In this document: positions 18,659 to 29,673 of the stretch, piece after piece
Position numbering within the stretch: position 1 is the first letter of the stretch
How the letters are laid out: each line of letters opens with the position of its first letter
Virus record (IMG/VR): IMGVR_UViG_3300042731_005935
Coordinates: 19,164 to 83,163 of that record
Length of the DNA stretch: 64,000 bases
Reading direction: 5' to 3' (one strand)
From: a virus
Notes under the pieces: model-generated
The model's input: only the letters and a program-made list of their open reading frames with translations
What the model was told of the DNA's origin: nothing
Database searches by the model: none
Translations under genes and position numbers: made by a program

Positions 18659-19429
18659 ATGAATAAGGAAATATTTGATATTACTTGTACAGCAACACTT
18701 CGACCAGGACTCCTCGATAGAACACTTTCTTCATTTACAAAGAATTTATTCAAGGAAAGGATATCTTGTGCAAGGCTTATTATTAATATTGATATGGCTG
18801 GTGCAGAAAAAAGCAGAGAAAAACAGAAATTGATTGATGTAATCAATGTAATAGATAAATATCCTTTTTGCAGAAGAGAAATTAGGATTGGAAGAGAGCC
18901 GCATTTCCCAACAGCTTTTACTTGGTGTATGGATGAAGTCTACAGCAAGTATTTTTTTCATCTTGAGGAAGATTGGGAATTGCTTTTTCCTATCGATTTT
19001 GAAGCAATGTGGGGTTTACTTGACAAGTATGGAGACCTTGCCCACCTTCGATTATCGCAATTTACTTCCGAAGAGTTTCGGTGTAAAAATTGGAACAAGT
19101 TTCTTGTCTGGAACGGAGAATTCTTTGAAGTGCCGCTCGATGAAAAATTGGTGATCGGATGGGCTGGCCATCCGTCGCTCAATCGATCATCTTTTATAAA
19201 AGACTGTCTACCATACATTGATCGAATGGCAAATCCCGAAAAGCAGATCAAAGGCAAGATACATCCATGTATAACTCAATCAATTAATGCACACAGGTTT
19301 GGTTCATTTCATCCACAAAACTCGCCGAATTCAATTGTGGATATCGGGCGAGAGTGGATGGTCAATAATGGGTGGAGTAAAGCAGGCAATAAAGCCTGGT
19401 TCACCAATTGGGAAAGGAGTAATCAGTAA
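18659..19429 (+). CDS. Glycosyltransferase (GT-A-like)
   Basis: RPGLLDRTLSSF, YFFHLEEDW, HPSL. Confidence 0.75.
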   Translation: MNKEIFDITCTATLRPGLLDRTLSSFTKNLFKERISCARLIINIDMAGAEKSREKQKLIDVINVIDKYPFCRREIRIGREPHFPTAFTWCMDEVYSKYFFHLEEDWELLFPIDFEAMWGLLDKYGDLAHLRLSQFTSEEFRCKNWNKFLVWNGEFFEVPLDEKLVIGWAGHPSLNRSSFIKDCLPYIDRMANPEKQIKGKIHPCITQSINAHRFGSFHPQNSPNSIVDIGREWMVNNGWSKAGNKAWFTNWERSNQ

Positions 19430-20469
19430 TGGATTTATCTATCATCATTCCGTTTGTTGGAGAATACCCGCAAGTATTATGGACAATTCAATCGATTGCA
19501 CAAGGCTTGATTGAAACGGAGATTGAGTTTGAAATTATTGCAGTGGATAACTACTGCGAACAGGCTGTCCGTCAATGTAATGTGGCAACTCAGAAAGCAA
19601 TTGACAAATTGAAACAGATTTACTTCAACGAAGGAAGAGAAATTGAGGCTTCCGATATGTTTGAAATCCATGACATGATCCCGCCAATTTATAAAAATAG
19701 AAGCGGAGAGGCAATCAAGGCTTGTGCGCGTGGGAATCCGTGGCTCCGTTATGTTGAATATCCTGACAGTTTATCACATTGGCAGGCAAAGCGTGTTGGT
19801 GTTCAAGAATCAGATGGAAAAGTTCTCCTGTTTGTTGATGCACATACCATTCCGTCGGTTGATGCAATTGAAGAAATGTTTTTAGAATATACACGTGGAT
19901 CATACAATGAAAATGGAACAATGCATTTACCTTTAACATACAAGATCCTTGAATGGCACCGATTGATCTACAAGTTTTTTGTTGAGAATGAATTTTTCTA
20001 CAGTTATAAGTTTACTCCTTTCAGACAAGCCAAAGAGCCGTACGAGGTACAATGCATGTCAACTTGTGGCATGATGATCTCCAGAAGTATTTATGATCAA
20101 CTCGGCGGCTGGCCAGCAACTCTTGGAGTTTATGGTGGCGGAGAAAATTTCATGAATTATACGCTGGCAGTATGCGGTTTTAAGAAGTGGATATATCCGC
20201 ATGGGACGCTTTTTCATCATGCGGATAGACGTGATTACCATTGGTATGGTGATAATTTGATTTATAACAGGATGCTTGCTCATTATCTTTTCGGGGGTAA
20301 AGACTTGTTGGCGAAGTTTACTTCTATTTGTAAAGGTAGACCATCTACTCTGCAAATGTTTGCAGAGATGGCCCTTAAGGAAGGTTTCGATCAACGGCAG
20401 CAAATCAAATCAATTCAAAAAATGACTATTGAGGAATGGGCGGAGAAATGGAGAGAAAATGAACTTTAA
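19429..20469 (+). CDS. Glycosyltransferase (GT2)
   Basis: LSIIIP, IIAVDN, LLFVDAH, LGGW....YGGGE. Confidence 0.88.
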   Translation: MDLSIIIPFVGEYPQVLWTIQSIAQGLIETEIEFEIIAVDNYCEQAVRQCNVATQKAIDKLKQIYFNEGREIEASDMFEIHDMIPPIYKNRSGEAIKACARGNPWLRYVEYPDSLSHWQAKRVGVQESDGKVLLFVDAHTIPSVDAIEEMFLEYTRGSYNENGTMHLPLTYKILEWHRLIYKFFVENEFFYSYKFTPFRQAKEPYEVQCMSTCGMMISRSIYDQLGGWPATLGVYGGGENFMNYTLAVCGFKKWIYPHGTLFHHADRRDYHWYGDNLIYNRMLAHYLFGGKDLLAKFTSICKGRPSTLQMFAEMALKEGFDQRQQIKSIQKMTIEEWAEKWRENEL

Positions 20470-20878
20470 AGATTACCTTTGTAAATTCGAAAGACAAGTA
20501 ATTTATACAGGGTTTATGATGGGTCGTTTCGGAGAACGCAAGGAAGAGATTGTGCCTCTCCGATATGGAAAATTATCAAAGTCGGAATTTGGAGAATTCA
20601 TTGAAAAGACATTTGATGCTGGTGTTTTACTTGCGATCAATTATTATGGACTTTTCAAACTATCGACTGAAATAATTAAAGCGGCTGAATCTGTGAGACA
20701 TATTTTTGGAGAAATTCGATCCATAAAATCTCCAGTTGTTCATTTTAATTCCATAAAAATTGAGGATGTTAAGGAACTTGCACCAGAGTTGTTTCCGGAT
20801 TATCTAGAATTCAAGAAGTATATTGTGGAATTGAGATGGGGCCAGCGTGATGCCAGCCCAGATTTAAAGATTATTTAA
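20459..20878 (+). CDS. Hypothetical protein, last + strand gene
   Basis: ORF whose end overlaps the convergent - strand ORF. Confidence 0.5.
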   Translation: MNFKDYLCKFERQVIYTGFMMGRFGERKEEIVPLRYGKLSKSEFGEFIEKTFDAGVLLAINYYGLFKLSTEIIKAAESVRHIFGEIRSIKSPVVHFNSIKIEDVKELAPELFPDYLEFKKYIVELRWGQRDASPDLKII

Positions 20879-23800
20879 GAGAGTTCAGGAAGTTAATGAA
20901 TTTCTGAAACATTGCAAACCATTTTTCACGAATAAGCCCGCCAAATCCATTTGTCCAGAATTCATTGTTAGCTTGTTGAATTCTTTCCTTATCTGTTTCA
21001 TATTGCTTCACATAAGGCGGCCAGTTTGGTGTATTTCCATAGATGGAGATGAGTTCATTTATTTCTGCTTTTGTTTTACAATCAATCAACGGCCGTTTGA
21101 AATTTCTGATAAAATTTTCTTGTGCAAGTCTGATTTGAAGACCAAAACCATCATTGTAAAAATGGGCTTGGTAATGTTCATCAGTCGGTGATACAGGTTG
21201 GAGAATTTGAGCTGCTTCTGCCAATGTTTCCTTATTGAAATATTTTGGTTTCATTTGTTTCTAAATCTCCTTTGTTTAAAACTTTTTAAGAAATGTACCA
21301 GGATTGATTGCGGTTATAACTCTTTTCAGGCATTCAAGCATACCTTGAAAAGAAGGATGTACGAGGATCATAATAGCTACATTAAGTTCGTGACCACAAC
21401 CTATGCAGTTATCTCTCCATATTTTGGTTACGTCCTTGTCGAAGATACGAAGGTCAATCTTCTGAACCTTGCCGCATTTCGGGCATTGCACCATTGGGGT
21501 TCTTTCTTCTTGTTGGATTTTAATTAGTTCGCCCATGTTTTCTCCTATTCTTTGAATGCTGTAGGTTTGATTTCGGATTCGATTGGCAATTGCTCCAAAC
21601 GATGGATTAAGTTCAGGAATTCCGAGGAGATTTTGTTTACATCAATCTCCTCCTTGATTAACCTGGCAAGTGTACGTCGGCCTTTCTCGATATGCTTCCT
21701 GGCACCAGCACCGCCAAATTTGGTGCGTTTTTTCATTACTTCGGTTATAAGGTGATAAGTGTTCCACCAGTAGGCGTAGACATAGACAAAACGACGACGA
21801 AGGTTGACAAGTTGTTCATCCTTTTCTAAATCCAGGTCTTTTATTTTCGCTCGGAGTATTTTATTAAAATGATGACTCCAGATCCCAAATTCGGTTTCAA
21901 TGTCTTCCCACATCAACATCCATTTGGCCCTGGATGCGCGTTCTTTTTTCTTTGCACCCGTCGGTTTTCGAAATGGCAGGATGTATTTTTGCAAAGTTGC
22001 AGTTACCAAATCAACCTGTGCCATCATATCAATAGGATGCATTTCTTTTAACTTATCTTCATCCCACTCCATGATATTTTCAAGACCAAGTGTGTAAACA
22101 AATCCAATTGACTCGATCATCTCCAGTGGAGTTTTTCTTTTTTCCTCGGTCGTCGTTTCTTCCATTATCGCACCCTTTCACGTTGTTTGATTATCTTCAC
22201 ATTCCGCCTTACCTGCATAATAACCTGGAAAACAAGATATGGCCAAATAAGGCAGAAGAAAACTATTAACACGGCGACCCAGAAAGGTTTCTTCCCACGA
22301 AGTATTGGGTTACCGATAATTCTGATAATCGTGGCAACAAGCCCGATCACCGCTATCGCCAAATAGATTTTTAGAATAAGAAATAACATGGTTTTACCTC
22401 ATAAGTTTATTTGATTTGGATATCTTGGTAGATTTGTATAATAATCTTTGTTTTCAGGTTGACAGTTATCTCCGTCCAATAACGGTGTTTGACACTACCA
22501 CTTGATACTTCAAATTCCAGAGAATACTTTAGATATTTATCATTCTGATTCCATTTCTCACTTCCATCGATGACTCTTACATCTCCACCAGATGCAAGTT
22601 GGAATTGATATAAACCACGCATCATGATTCGCTTGGTTTTGGTATAAATATCTTCGGCGTCCGCTCGTCCGTGAAAAATCACAATCAAAAGAAGTATTAC
22701 TCCGATTGTGATGATTGATAATGCTTTAGTAAGTTTTTCCGGTGTCATCTTAATGTTCCTTCCTGAAGAAGTCATAATCATAAGTGTTGTCAGTTTCATC
22801 TTCATCTAAGATTCCATATTTTTTTCTGAACTGATATTCTCGATCAGCAGCCCAACAGATCGCTTTGTTTTGCTCTGAATCTTCCCGCCAGTTTTCTGCT
22901 ACCCATTTAAGATACCAAGATGGACATTTGGAGACTGGAGTCCATACTTTTTTAAATGGAATCTTTATCTCCTTCGGTTCAACCTTCCTGAGTTTCTTCC
23001 GTTTTTCCATTAATTGGCTCCTGTAGCTTATCAATTGTTGTTTCAATATGGATTTCTCTAATGCCAATCCCATCGACAAATTTTCCTAAAGCCTTGATCG
23101 ATTGGTGAATATAGGCATCAGTGGATATTGACGTAACATAACATCCAGACCGTTCTTGGAAGCGTTGGATAGCTTGAAGGATATCACCTTCAAATATTTG
23201 CTTTGCTTCATCATATGCTTGTTTGGGGTTGATATTCCTGAACTTCTCCTTGATCCGCTCAGCATATACTTTTGAACCATAAGGGGTAACTGGAATAATA
23301 TCTTCGGAAGCCTGATCCCAGAAGAAATGATTATCCAATTTAAATTCATTCATTATTTGACCGCTTGTGCCGAAGTTTATCCTTTCTCCTGTATCAATAT
23401 TTTCCATTGTTAGTGATGGACTGGAACAGTATGCACAAACACGCCAGAACCCTTCTCCCTGGTAACTGTAAACTCCTCTTTGCAATGTGAAGTCCTTTGA
23501 TGGTATCATTATTTCCTCACTTTTTTGGAATTTCTAATACTTTCATACCGAAAACTTTTTCAATGCATTGTTTGCCACTTCTGTATGCATTTATTTTCGA
23601 TTGATATTCCTTTTTATCATTCGGTTTAATAACATAATCATGTGTGGTTATTTCGTTTCCTCTTCCTCTTATTCGACAAACATATGCAATCCATGAAAAA
23701 TAGAAATCTCCAGGCTCCTTTGACCTCCTAATTTTTACTCCTTCGACATGGCAGCCGCGTTTTATTTTTATGCGATGGTTCTTTTTCTCCTGGTCGCGGA

Positions 23801-23885
23801 TAGCCGTATTTACACATTGAGTAATCCGGTTTGCTTGGGTGTTTGACATACTCATAACCCTCCTCGTTTTCCTGATATAATCCAC
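20871..23885 (-). other. Run of small hypothetical CDS (20871-21254, 21276-21536 Zn-finger, 21545-22165, 22165-22389 membrane, 22407-22749, 22750-23010, 22979-23509, 23517-23885)
   Basis: Tightly packed co-oriented ORFs with RBSs. Confidence 0.6.
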
Positions 23886-24573
23886 GGAAGTTTATAATTC
23901 GATTGCCACCATATCTCCCGCGGTTCCATATTTTCCTTCTCGACGATAAAATGTTGACCTTCCGAAAGAAAGCATTTGGTGGACACCAATGGAGAAAATC
24001 TTCAAGTCTGAAAATATGGAAGTTAAGGTGGAAAAGTAATATTTGACAAGACTGTCCATCTGTCATTGTAAAATTCCGGTAATTATTTCGGAGCATTTTG
24101 TAAGTATGATCCATAATTATAATGCAGGAGACTTTGCGATCACGTCGGAATATAATGATCGGATGATCCTTTTTGTGCTGTTTTGCTTCTTTGATTGCTT
24201 TATCGATCCAGCGTAGTAATACAGGACCCCTTTTTAGTTTTTTGGAAAGAGGTGCGTCAAGCATATTTAAAATGGATATTCCATTATTTGTATGATCCGA
24301 ATACCCACGTTTTAACTCAATCATACAAATCCTGGTAAGTTTTCTTCCGATCCGATGCAAGGCCATTACATCTCCACAGGAATTGGCAGTTCTAATATCC
24401 TTTTTCATGCGAACGGTTGCCCTCGCACCGGATGCGGAAGTTCTCCAAAATATATCGTCACGTGGTTCACCAAATGATTTTGAAAACCACAGAGAGAGTT
24501 CCTTGCATGTGGAACGTTCGTATGCTCCACCTTTTTTTGGATTACCCTTCTTCTTTTTTTTCTTTTTTGGCAT
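23728..24573 (-). CDS. PD-(D/E)XK nuclease, Holliday junction resolvase-like
   Basis: KGGAYER..CKELSLW, RTSASGA, GDV, IELKRG. Confidence 0.8.
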   Translation of the reverse strand: MPKKKKKKKGNPKKGGAYERSTCKELSLWFSKSFGEPRDDIFWRTSASGARATVRMKKDIRTANSCGDVMALHRIGRKLTRICMIELKRGYSDHTNNGISILNMLDAPLSKKLKRGPVLLRWIDKAIKEAKQHKKDHPIIIFRRDRKVSCIIIMDHTYKMLRNNYRNFTMTDGQSCQILLFHLNFHIFRLEDFLHWCPPNAFFRKVNILSSRRKIWNRGRYGGNRIINFRGLYQENEEGYEYVKHPSKPDYSMCKYGYPRPGEKEPSHKNKTRLPCRRSKN

Positions 24574-24609
24574 CTTTCAACCCTTCTTATGCTGCGAACT
24601 TCTCTTCCA

Positions 24610-25230
24610 TTATAACATGTTTTTGCGGATCACCTTGACCCGGGATTTGCCTTTTACATGTTCAATTTTAAATACTTTGTCGGCAATTTCAATTAGATCG
24701 TCATCATGTGTAATTAGGATAACCTGGAATCGAAGTTTTTTGGAAAGTTCTTTCATTATCATTCCGGTTAAGGAGATAAGTTTGCCAGTCCACTTGAATG
24801 GTTCGTCAAGAATAAATACGTTCCGTGTTTTAGGAGAAGACATATGCCACAAGATAATTCGAAACGTGAAAGATATTATATCTATAATGCTGCCACCAAG
24901 ATCATCTTTAGGATCGAGTTCCTCTCCATTCTCTTTTACTATAATCCTGGATTCAATTTCATTTCTTTTCACTTTGTAAACGAGTTCAAAGGATAAATCC
25001 CTATTAAATATCTGCCGAATCGATCTTGTTACTGTTGCTTCGATCCTATTTTTAAATTTCTTGTGGATAATTTCAATTGCTTTATTGAGTAAATTCCTGG
25101 CATCAATATGATCTTTTATCTTCCGCCTTGTCTTGCGGATTTTCCTGGTAAGTTTTCTTTCCTCTATTAGGAGGCTTGCCTTCTTTGCAAATAACCTATC
25201 GTACCGATTTTTAATATCTTCGAATTCCAA
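24610..25230 (-). CDS. Rad50/SbcC-like ABC ATPase, C-terminal half
   Basis: LGGS signature, Walker B ILDEPF, H-loop ITHD; no Walker A. Confidence 0.85.
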   Translation of the reverse strand: MEFEDIKNRYDRLFAKKASLLIEERKLTRKIRKTRRKIKDHIDARNLLNKAIEIIHKKFKNRIEATVTRSIRQIFNRDLSFELVYKVKRNEIESRIIVKENGEELDPKDDLGGSIIDIISFTFRIILWHMSSPKTRNVFILDEPFKWTGKLISLTGMIMKELSKKLRFQVILITHDDDLIEIADKVFKIEHVKGKSRVKVIRKNML

Positions 25231-25231
25231 T

Positions 25232-25483
25232 TTATATCTCCAATGTAAATTTTCTGTATCTTATATAATTATATAAACATGTTGGAAGACCTATAGGTAT
25301 CCAAAAAACAAGAATCATTCCCGGTAATATAAGATTCATAAATGGAATTATTCCAAAAAATACAGATATAAAATAATGAAACCAGTATTGTTTTCTACCA
25401 TCCATATCATTTATAGTATAAATAAAAGCAATCCAAATTGGAATACATATAACACATGATAAAATATAATAAAGTAATTCCAT
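25232..25483 (-). CDS. Small membrane protein
   Basis: Hydrophobic, very AT-rich. Confidence 0.5.
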   Translation of the reverse strand: MELLYYILSCVICIPIWIAFIYTINDMDGRKQYWFHYFISVFFGIIPFMNLILPGMILVFWIPIGLPTCLYNYIRYRKFTLEI

Positions 25484-25716
25484 TACCTAACCTTATCCAG
25501 AATACGTCTTGCTTTCTCTTTGAGGGTTTTCGCCCTACTGGAGAGTTCTTTTAGTTTGTCGTCAATCCTCTCCAATTCTTTTTCAGCCTTCTGTGGAGTA
25601 CTAAGATCAAAATCACCAAGTTCTGATTTCTTCTTCTTGATGATTTCATCCTTTACACCGATTTGAATTTTTATATCCTGCAACTCCTTGGATAGTTCTC
25701 TAATATCAGTTTTCAT
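25483..25716 (-). CDS. Coiled-coil protein, possibly a Rad50 fragment
   Basis: Heptad pattern; lies between the Rad50 halves. Confidence 0.55.
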   Translation of the reverse strand: MKTDIRELSKELQDIKIQIGVKDEIIKKKKSELGDFDLSTPQKAEKELERIDDKLKELSSRAKTLKEKARRILDKVR

Positions 25717-26018
25717 TTTCTTCCTTCTTATTTGGTGATGGGTCTGCAATTAATTTCATTCTACCAGATTTTCCGCATTGACCACAAAAAGAATCTTCAT
25801 CATTTAAAAAAGTAAGACAATCCCACGGGATATCATATTGATTTCCACATTCGCATCCAACTAATACAGTATCAAGGTCAGCTTCATTTGGTTTCCAATC
25901 AATTTTCTCCCTTTTTTCTTCAACTACCTTTCCATTTTTAAATCTTGTTGTAATTAATTCACCTGGTTTTATATTTTTTTGGAACGATATTCAATAGATA
26001 ATCTATTATTTTTTTCAT
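25706..26018 (-). pseudogene. Zn-ribbon ORF frameshifted at an A7 run
   Basis: The ATG (26018) frame stops after about 19 codons; deleting one A at 25974-25980 joins it to a frame encoding CECG...CGQCG. Confidence 0.55.
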
Positions 26019-26203
26019 TTTAAAATCCTTCCACATCAATTCCAAGGTCTAATGCTTTTTGAATTATGTTTAGGTAGCATTGGGTAAGTAGCCTAGATTT
26101 ATATGACCTGTCTTCTATCTTGTGGGCCCTTATTTGACCAAATCTTGACATGTTAAGCCTTATCGCCATGCATAAATCCGTATACTCCAGTAAGTTAAGT
26201 TTA

Positions 26204-27142
26204 TCAAATACTATCGGTTTCAATATCAATCTCCTTTGCTACCTCAGCGAGGACACTTTTGATCCCGCGTTTATTTTTTGCTTTCATTAGGAGCATTTCG
26301 ATAACCCTTAAAATGTTAACTTCTTCAATTTGTTTAGTACTTATATACAAATCACCGAGGGTTTCTTCGGTGACAATTTCTTCATGGACACCAAAGTTTA
26401 AAACATCTCTGGCTGGAGCAACCGGGATATCAACAACATCAAAATTCCTATCCGTCGAATCATAAACTACCACACGTGGTTTATGCTCTTTCATGTAGTC
26501 TGTGACCTCAAGACGCATCATTGGACCAGTGTTTGCAAAAACTCCCGGTTTTTGGCTTTTCGTATAGTAGTAATGCATTGATGATCGATGGATATCTCCC
26601 ATTACAATAAAGTCAAATAAATTGCCGTATGTATCTATCCACCTGGTTGTCTTCTTAAATTTGTGTCCAGGAAATAGGGAATTCCTTGTTATTGGAGCAT
26701 GAGCAGCAAGAACATTCCTATATGGGTCCCTTCGGAAATGCTTCGGGACAGGAAATTTATCTCCCCAATTACATCCATACAAAAAACAATTTCCACATTT
26801 TATTGGTTCACTTCCGAGTAATTCGATTACTCCAGAACGCGCCAGAATCGCAAGGTTATTGATTACTTTTTTATTCCTCATATACATATCATGTTGACCA
26901 TAAACAGTATAAAAGGGAACGTCTGGGAACCGCATGGTGATGGATAAAAACTTAAACAAGGCGAGAATATCCCGTGGAGAGTTAAAAAGATCACCCGCAC
27001 AAATTATTGGAGCGTTCCCCAAATCCGATGCAAGTTTGAAGACAAACTGCATTTTATTCCTGAAGTCAGAAAGTGGATTACCAAGTCTACCTCTTGGAAT
27101 CCTGCTCGTACAATGTGGATCACTAATGCCGATTAATTTCAT
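26204..27142 (-). CDS. Mre11/SbcD-like metallophosphoesterase nuclease
   Basis: SDPH, AGDLF, YGQHD, GDIH, NTGPMMR. Confidence 0.9.
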   Translation of the reverse strand: MKLIGISDPHCTSRIPRGRLGNPLSDFRNKMQFVFKLASDLGNAPIICAGDLFNSPRDILALFKFLSITMRFPDVPFYTVYGQHDMYMRNKKVINNLAILARSGVIELLGSEPIKCGNCFLYGCNWGDKFPVPKHFRRDPYRNVLAAHAPITRNSLFPGHKFKKTTRWIDTYGNLFDFIVMGDIHRSSMHYYYTKSQKPGVFANTGPMMRLEVTDYMKEHKPRVVVYDSTDRNFDVVDIPVAPARDVLNFGVHEEIVTEETLGDLYISTKQIEEVNILRVIEMLLMKAKNKRGIKSVLAEVAKEIDIETDSI

Positions 27143-27252
27143 TTTTACTCCTAATTTATTTTACAAGCGATTGTAAAAAACGACCAATAAAACTCCCAAG
27201 TGATAATGAAAAAAATGTTAAAATAATTATTCCCATAATGAGTAATTCAAAT

Positions 27253-28218
27253 TTATTTTTCAATTTCATTTCGTATTTCCTTAATCCTCTCTGCGGTGAT
27301 TCTCGAAAGACAAGTTGGACATCTCCTCGATTTTTTTAATTCTTTTATGTAACTATTAAGCTTTTTAGAAAATTTCTCCCGAAGTTTTTCAAGTTCCGAT
27401 TGATTGTCAAGTAAGGATATAATTCCATCCTGTTTATCTTCCAAATCCTCAAGTTGTTCTCCAATTTTAATCGCTTCTTTAATTATATCTTCAGCTTTTA
27501 AAGCTCGCTCAAGTCTTCTCTTTGCCTGCTCTGCTGCTTTAATTTCAGCCACTATTGATTCTATAGTATAATATTTTCTTTCCAATTTTATTTGTTGTTG
27601 TTCGATTTTCTGGAGTTCTTCCATTATTGGTTCAAGTTTCTCCAGGTCTTTCAATGCGGCAATATCTTCTCGGACGCTTTTGCGTTCCTGAACGGCATCA
27701 TCTAATATAATAGATAGACTTTTAACGTCCTGGTTTATTCGTTTGATCCAATTATCTACCGAACTAACTTTTGTTATGTCGTTAATGATCTTTGTTACCT
27801 GACCGGCAGAATTGGAGACAATGTAAGGAAGATCAAGTTGACTTTGAAAGTTTATCTCCTTTAGATTTAATGCATCTTTAACCTCAGATGGAACTGTTTT
27901 ATTTATCTTCCTGAAAGTTTGCGTTTTACCTGATTTATTCTGCAAGGTATAAACCGGTTTTGATTCTCTTCCTTGTTTTAAATTAACAATAAATCCATCC
28001 GATGTTTTAAGTTCAATTTCAGATAGTGTATTTTTTGGAGCAAAGTGGCTCATAAACTTGAGATTAATCGGACGAAAATCTTTTATCCTTCTGATTGCTC
28101 GTAGGATGTTAGACTTACCTGCCAAGCCTTCTCCAATGATAGCATTGACTCCACGGTGGAAGACAAATTTTTGATCCTTATAACTTCGGAAATTTTTAAC
28201 TGTTAATATTTTTAACAT
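27253..28218 (-). CDS. Rad50/SbcC-like ATPase, N-terminal half
   Basis: VKNFRSY, Walker A GEGLAGKS, Q-loop, coiled coil, terminal zinc hook CPTC. Confidence 0.88.
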   Translation of the reverse strand: MLKILTVKNFRSYKDQKFVFHRGVNAIIGEGLAGKSNILRAIRRIKDFRPINLKFMSHFAPKNTLSEIELKTSDGFIVNLKQGRESKPVYTLQNKSGKTQTFRKINKTVPSEVKDALNLKEINFQSQLDLPYIVSNSAGQVTKIINDITKVSSVDNWIKRINQDVKSLSIILDDAVQERKSVREDIAALKDLEKLEPIMEELQKIEQQQIKLERKYYTIESIVAEIKAAEQAKRRLERALKAEDIIKEAIKIGEQLEDLEDKQDGIISLLDNQSELEKLREKFSKKLNSYIKELKKSRRCPTCLSRITAERIKEIRNEIEK

Positions 28219-28600
28219 TTTTTCGATGCTTTCTTATTCGCCTGATTATTGCTGCAAATTCCCTGGAAAAAGAACTTATTTTGTGAAGTTTTACTCCTAA
28301 TTTCCTCGCTGGTAAATCTCTGCCTTGGTTGAAACTGGCTACATTTTTGGATAAGTCATCTACCATCAAGATTAATCGTTTGAACAGGTGGTCAATATTA
28401 TCCTTTTTTATTGTCTTTTCAATTTCTTCTTCCATGTTTTGTATGACTCGCCTACGTGGCATATTAAAATCTCCTTAGCCAGTTATTAAATTTATCCAAT
28501 GATGATTTGTGAATAAATTTCCAAATAAGTATAATTAAATTACTGGTGTATTTGCGAAAGCAAATCAAAAATAATCCAATAAAAAGATAATTAATTGAAT

Positions 28601-29500
28601 TCACCTCAAGAAAACTCTTTCCCACTGATCGAAAGTCTCCTTTTCAAGAAAACTCTTAAAATGATATTTATCGAAAACCTGGATAAATTTCTTGCGCGTA
28701 CATTTATCCCGGCGGATAAAAGGATCTTTCATTTTTTCTGGCATATATGGAAGAGTAACGATTGGAAGATTTTTCTTTATTATCTTTTGACCTTCGTCAG
28801 AAGTAATTCGATCATATATAACGCCTGTTGATATCTCTCCGCGGACATATTGCATGGTACGACTTCTTGGACCCTTTTTCATGTCTTTCGGGTCTCCACA
28901 ACCTTTAATGCCAATAACATTATCTCCAGAACAACCGCCGATTGATTTGCAAATTGGCCATTGTGACGGAAGCACTTTATAAATTGAAATAAACTTCTCC
29001 GCCGTCATCCGTTTAAATGTTGTTGGGTTTATAATATCACAATGATCTAAACATTGCCACATGTCGTTGTCCGCTGTTACCATCAAGACTTTCTTTGTTT
29101 TGAGTCGTTCAGCAATTACCGCCATAAAGTCGTCAGATTCGTAGCCTCTTTGTTGGAAATGGTTCATAAATCCCATGTGATGGAGTGTGGAATCTTTTAA
29201 TTCGTTTTCTTGTTTGAATTTAAGTTTATATTCTTCCTCTTCTGTTGGGGTAAGATCTGTTCGGCGATTAAATTTATAAATTGGATAAACTTCTTTCCGG
29301 AAATTAGTTGGGTGGTCCCAGCAAAATAGGATATGGCGGGTCCTAAATTTCTTTCCTAATTGTAGAACTTTTTTTAGAAATCCATAGATTACTCCAGTTG
29401 GTTTATTGTTATATGTTAACACCGGTCCGAATGCAAAGAAAGCAGCATAAACCAAACTGGAGCAATCAATTACCAAATGATTTTTATTAAAAATCTTCAT
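28601..29500 (-). CDS. 5'-3' exonuclease/flap endonuclease (RNase H-like)
   Basis: LVIDCS, PTGVIYGF, GYESDD, TADNDMWQ, GDNVIGIKG. Confidence 0.9.
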   Translation of the reverse strand: MKIFNKNHLVIDCSSLVYAAFFAFGPVLTYNNKPTGVIYGFLKKVLQLGKKFRTRHILFCWDHPTNFRKEVYPIYKFNRRTDLTPTEEEEYKLKFKQENELKDSTLHHMGFMNHFQQRGYESDDFMAVIAERLKTKKVLMVTADNDMWQCLDHCDIINPTTFKRMTAEKFISIYKVLPSQWPICKSIGGCSGDNVIGIKGCGDPKDMKKGPRSRTMQYVRGEISTGVIYDRITSDEGQKIIKKNLPIVTLPYMPEKMKDPFIRRDKCTRKKFIQVFDKYHFKSFLEKETFDQWERVFLR

Positions 29501-29673
29501 TTTTTATGATATCTTTCATCGGTTAATATTTCATCAAGAAGAAGTTTTGCATATTCCGGTTCTTCTGGAAGTTTTCTCATTGCTTCATCAATCTTATTGC
29601 ACATCCAATTGATTGTTCGCTGCAATTCAAGAATATGGTTTTTTCTTTTTTCTGCCTGCTTATAAATATCCAT

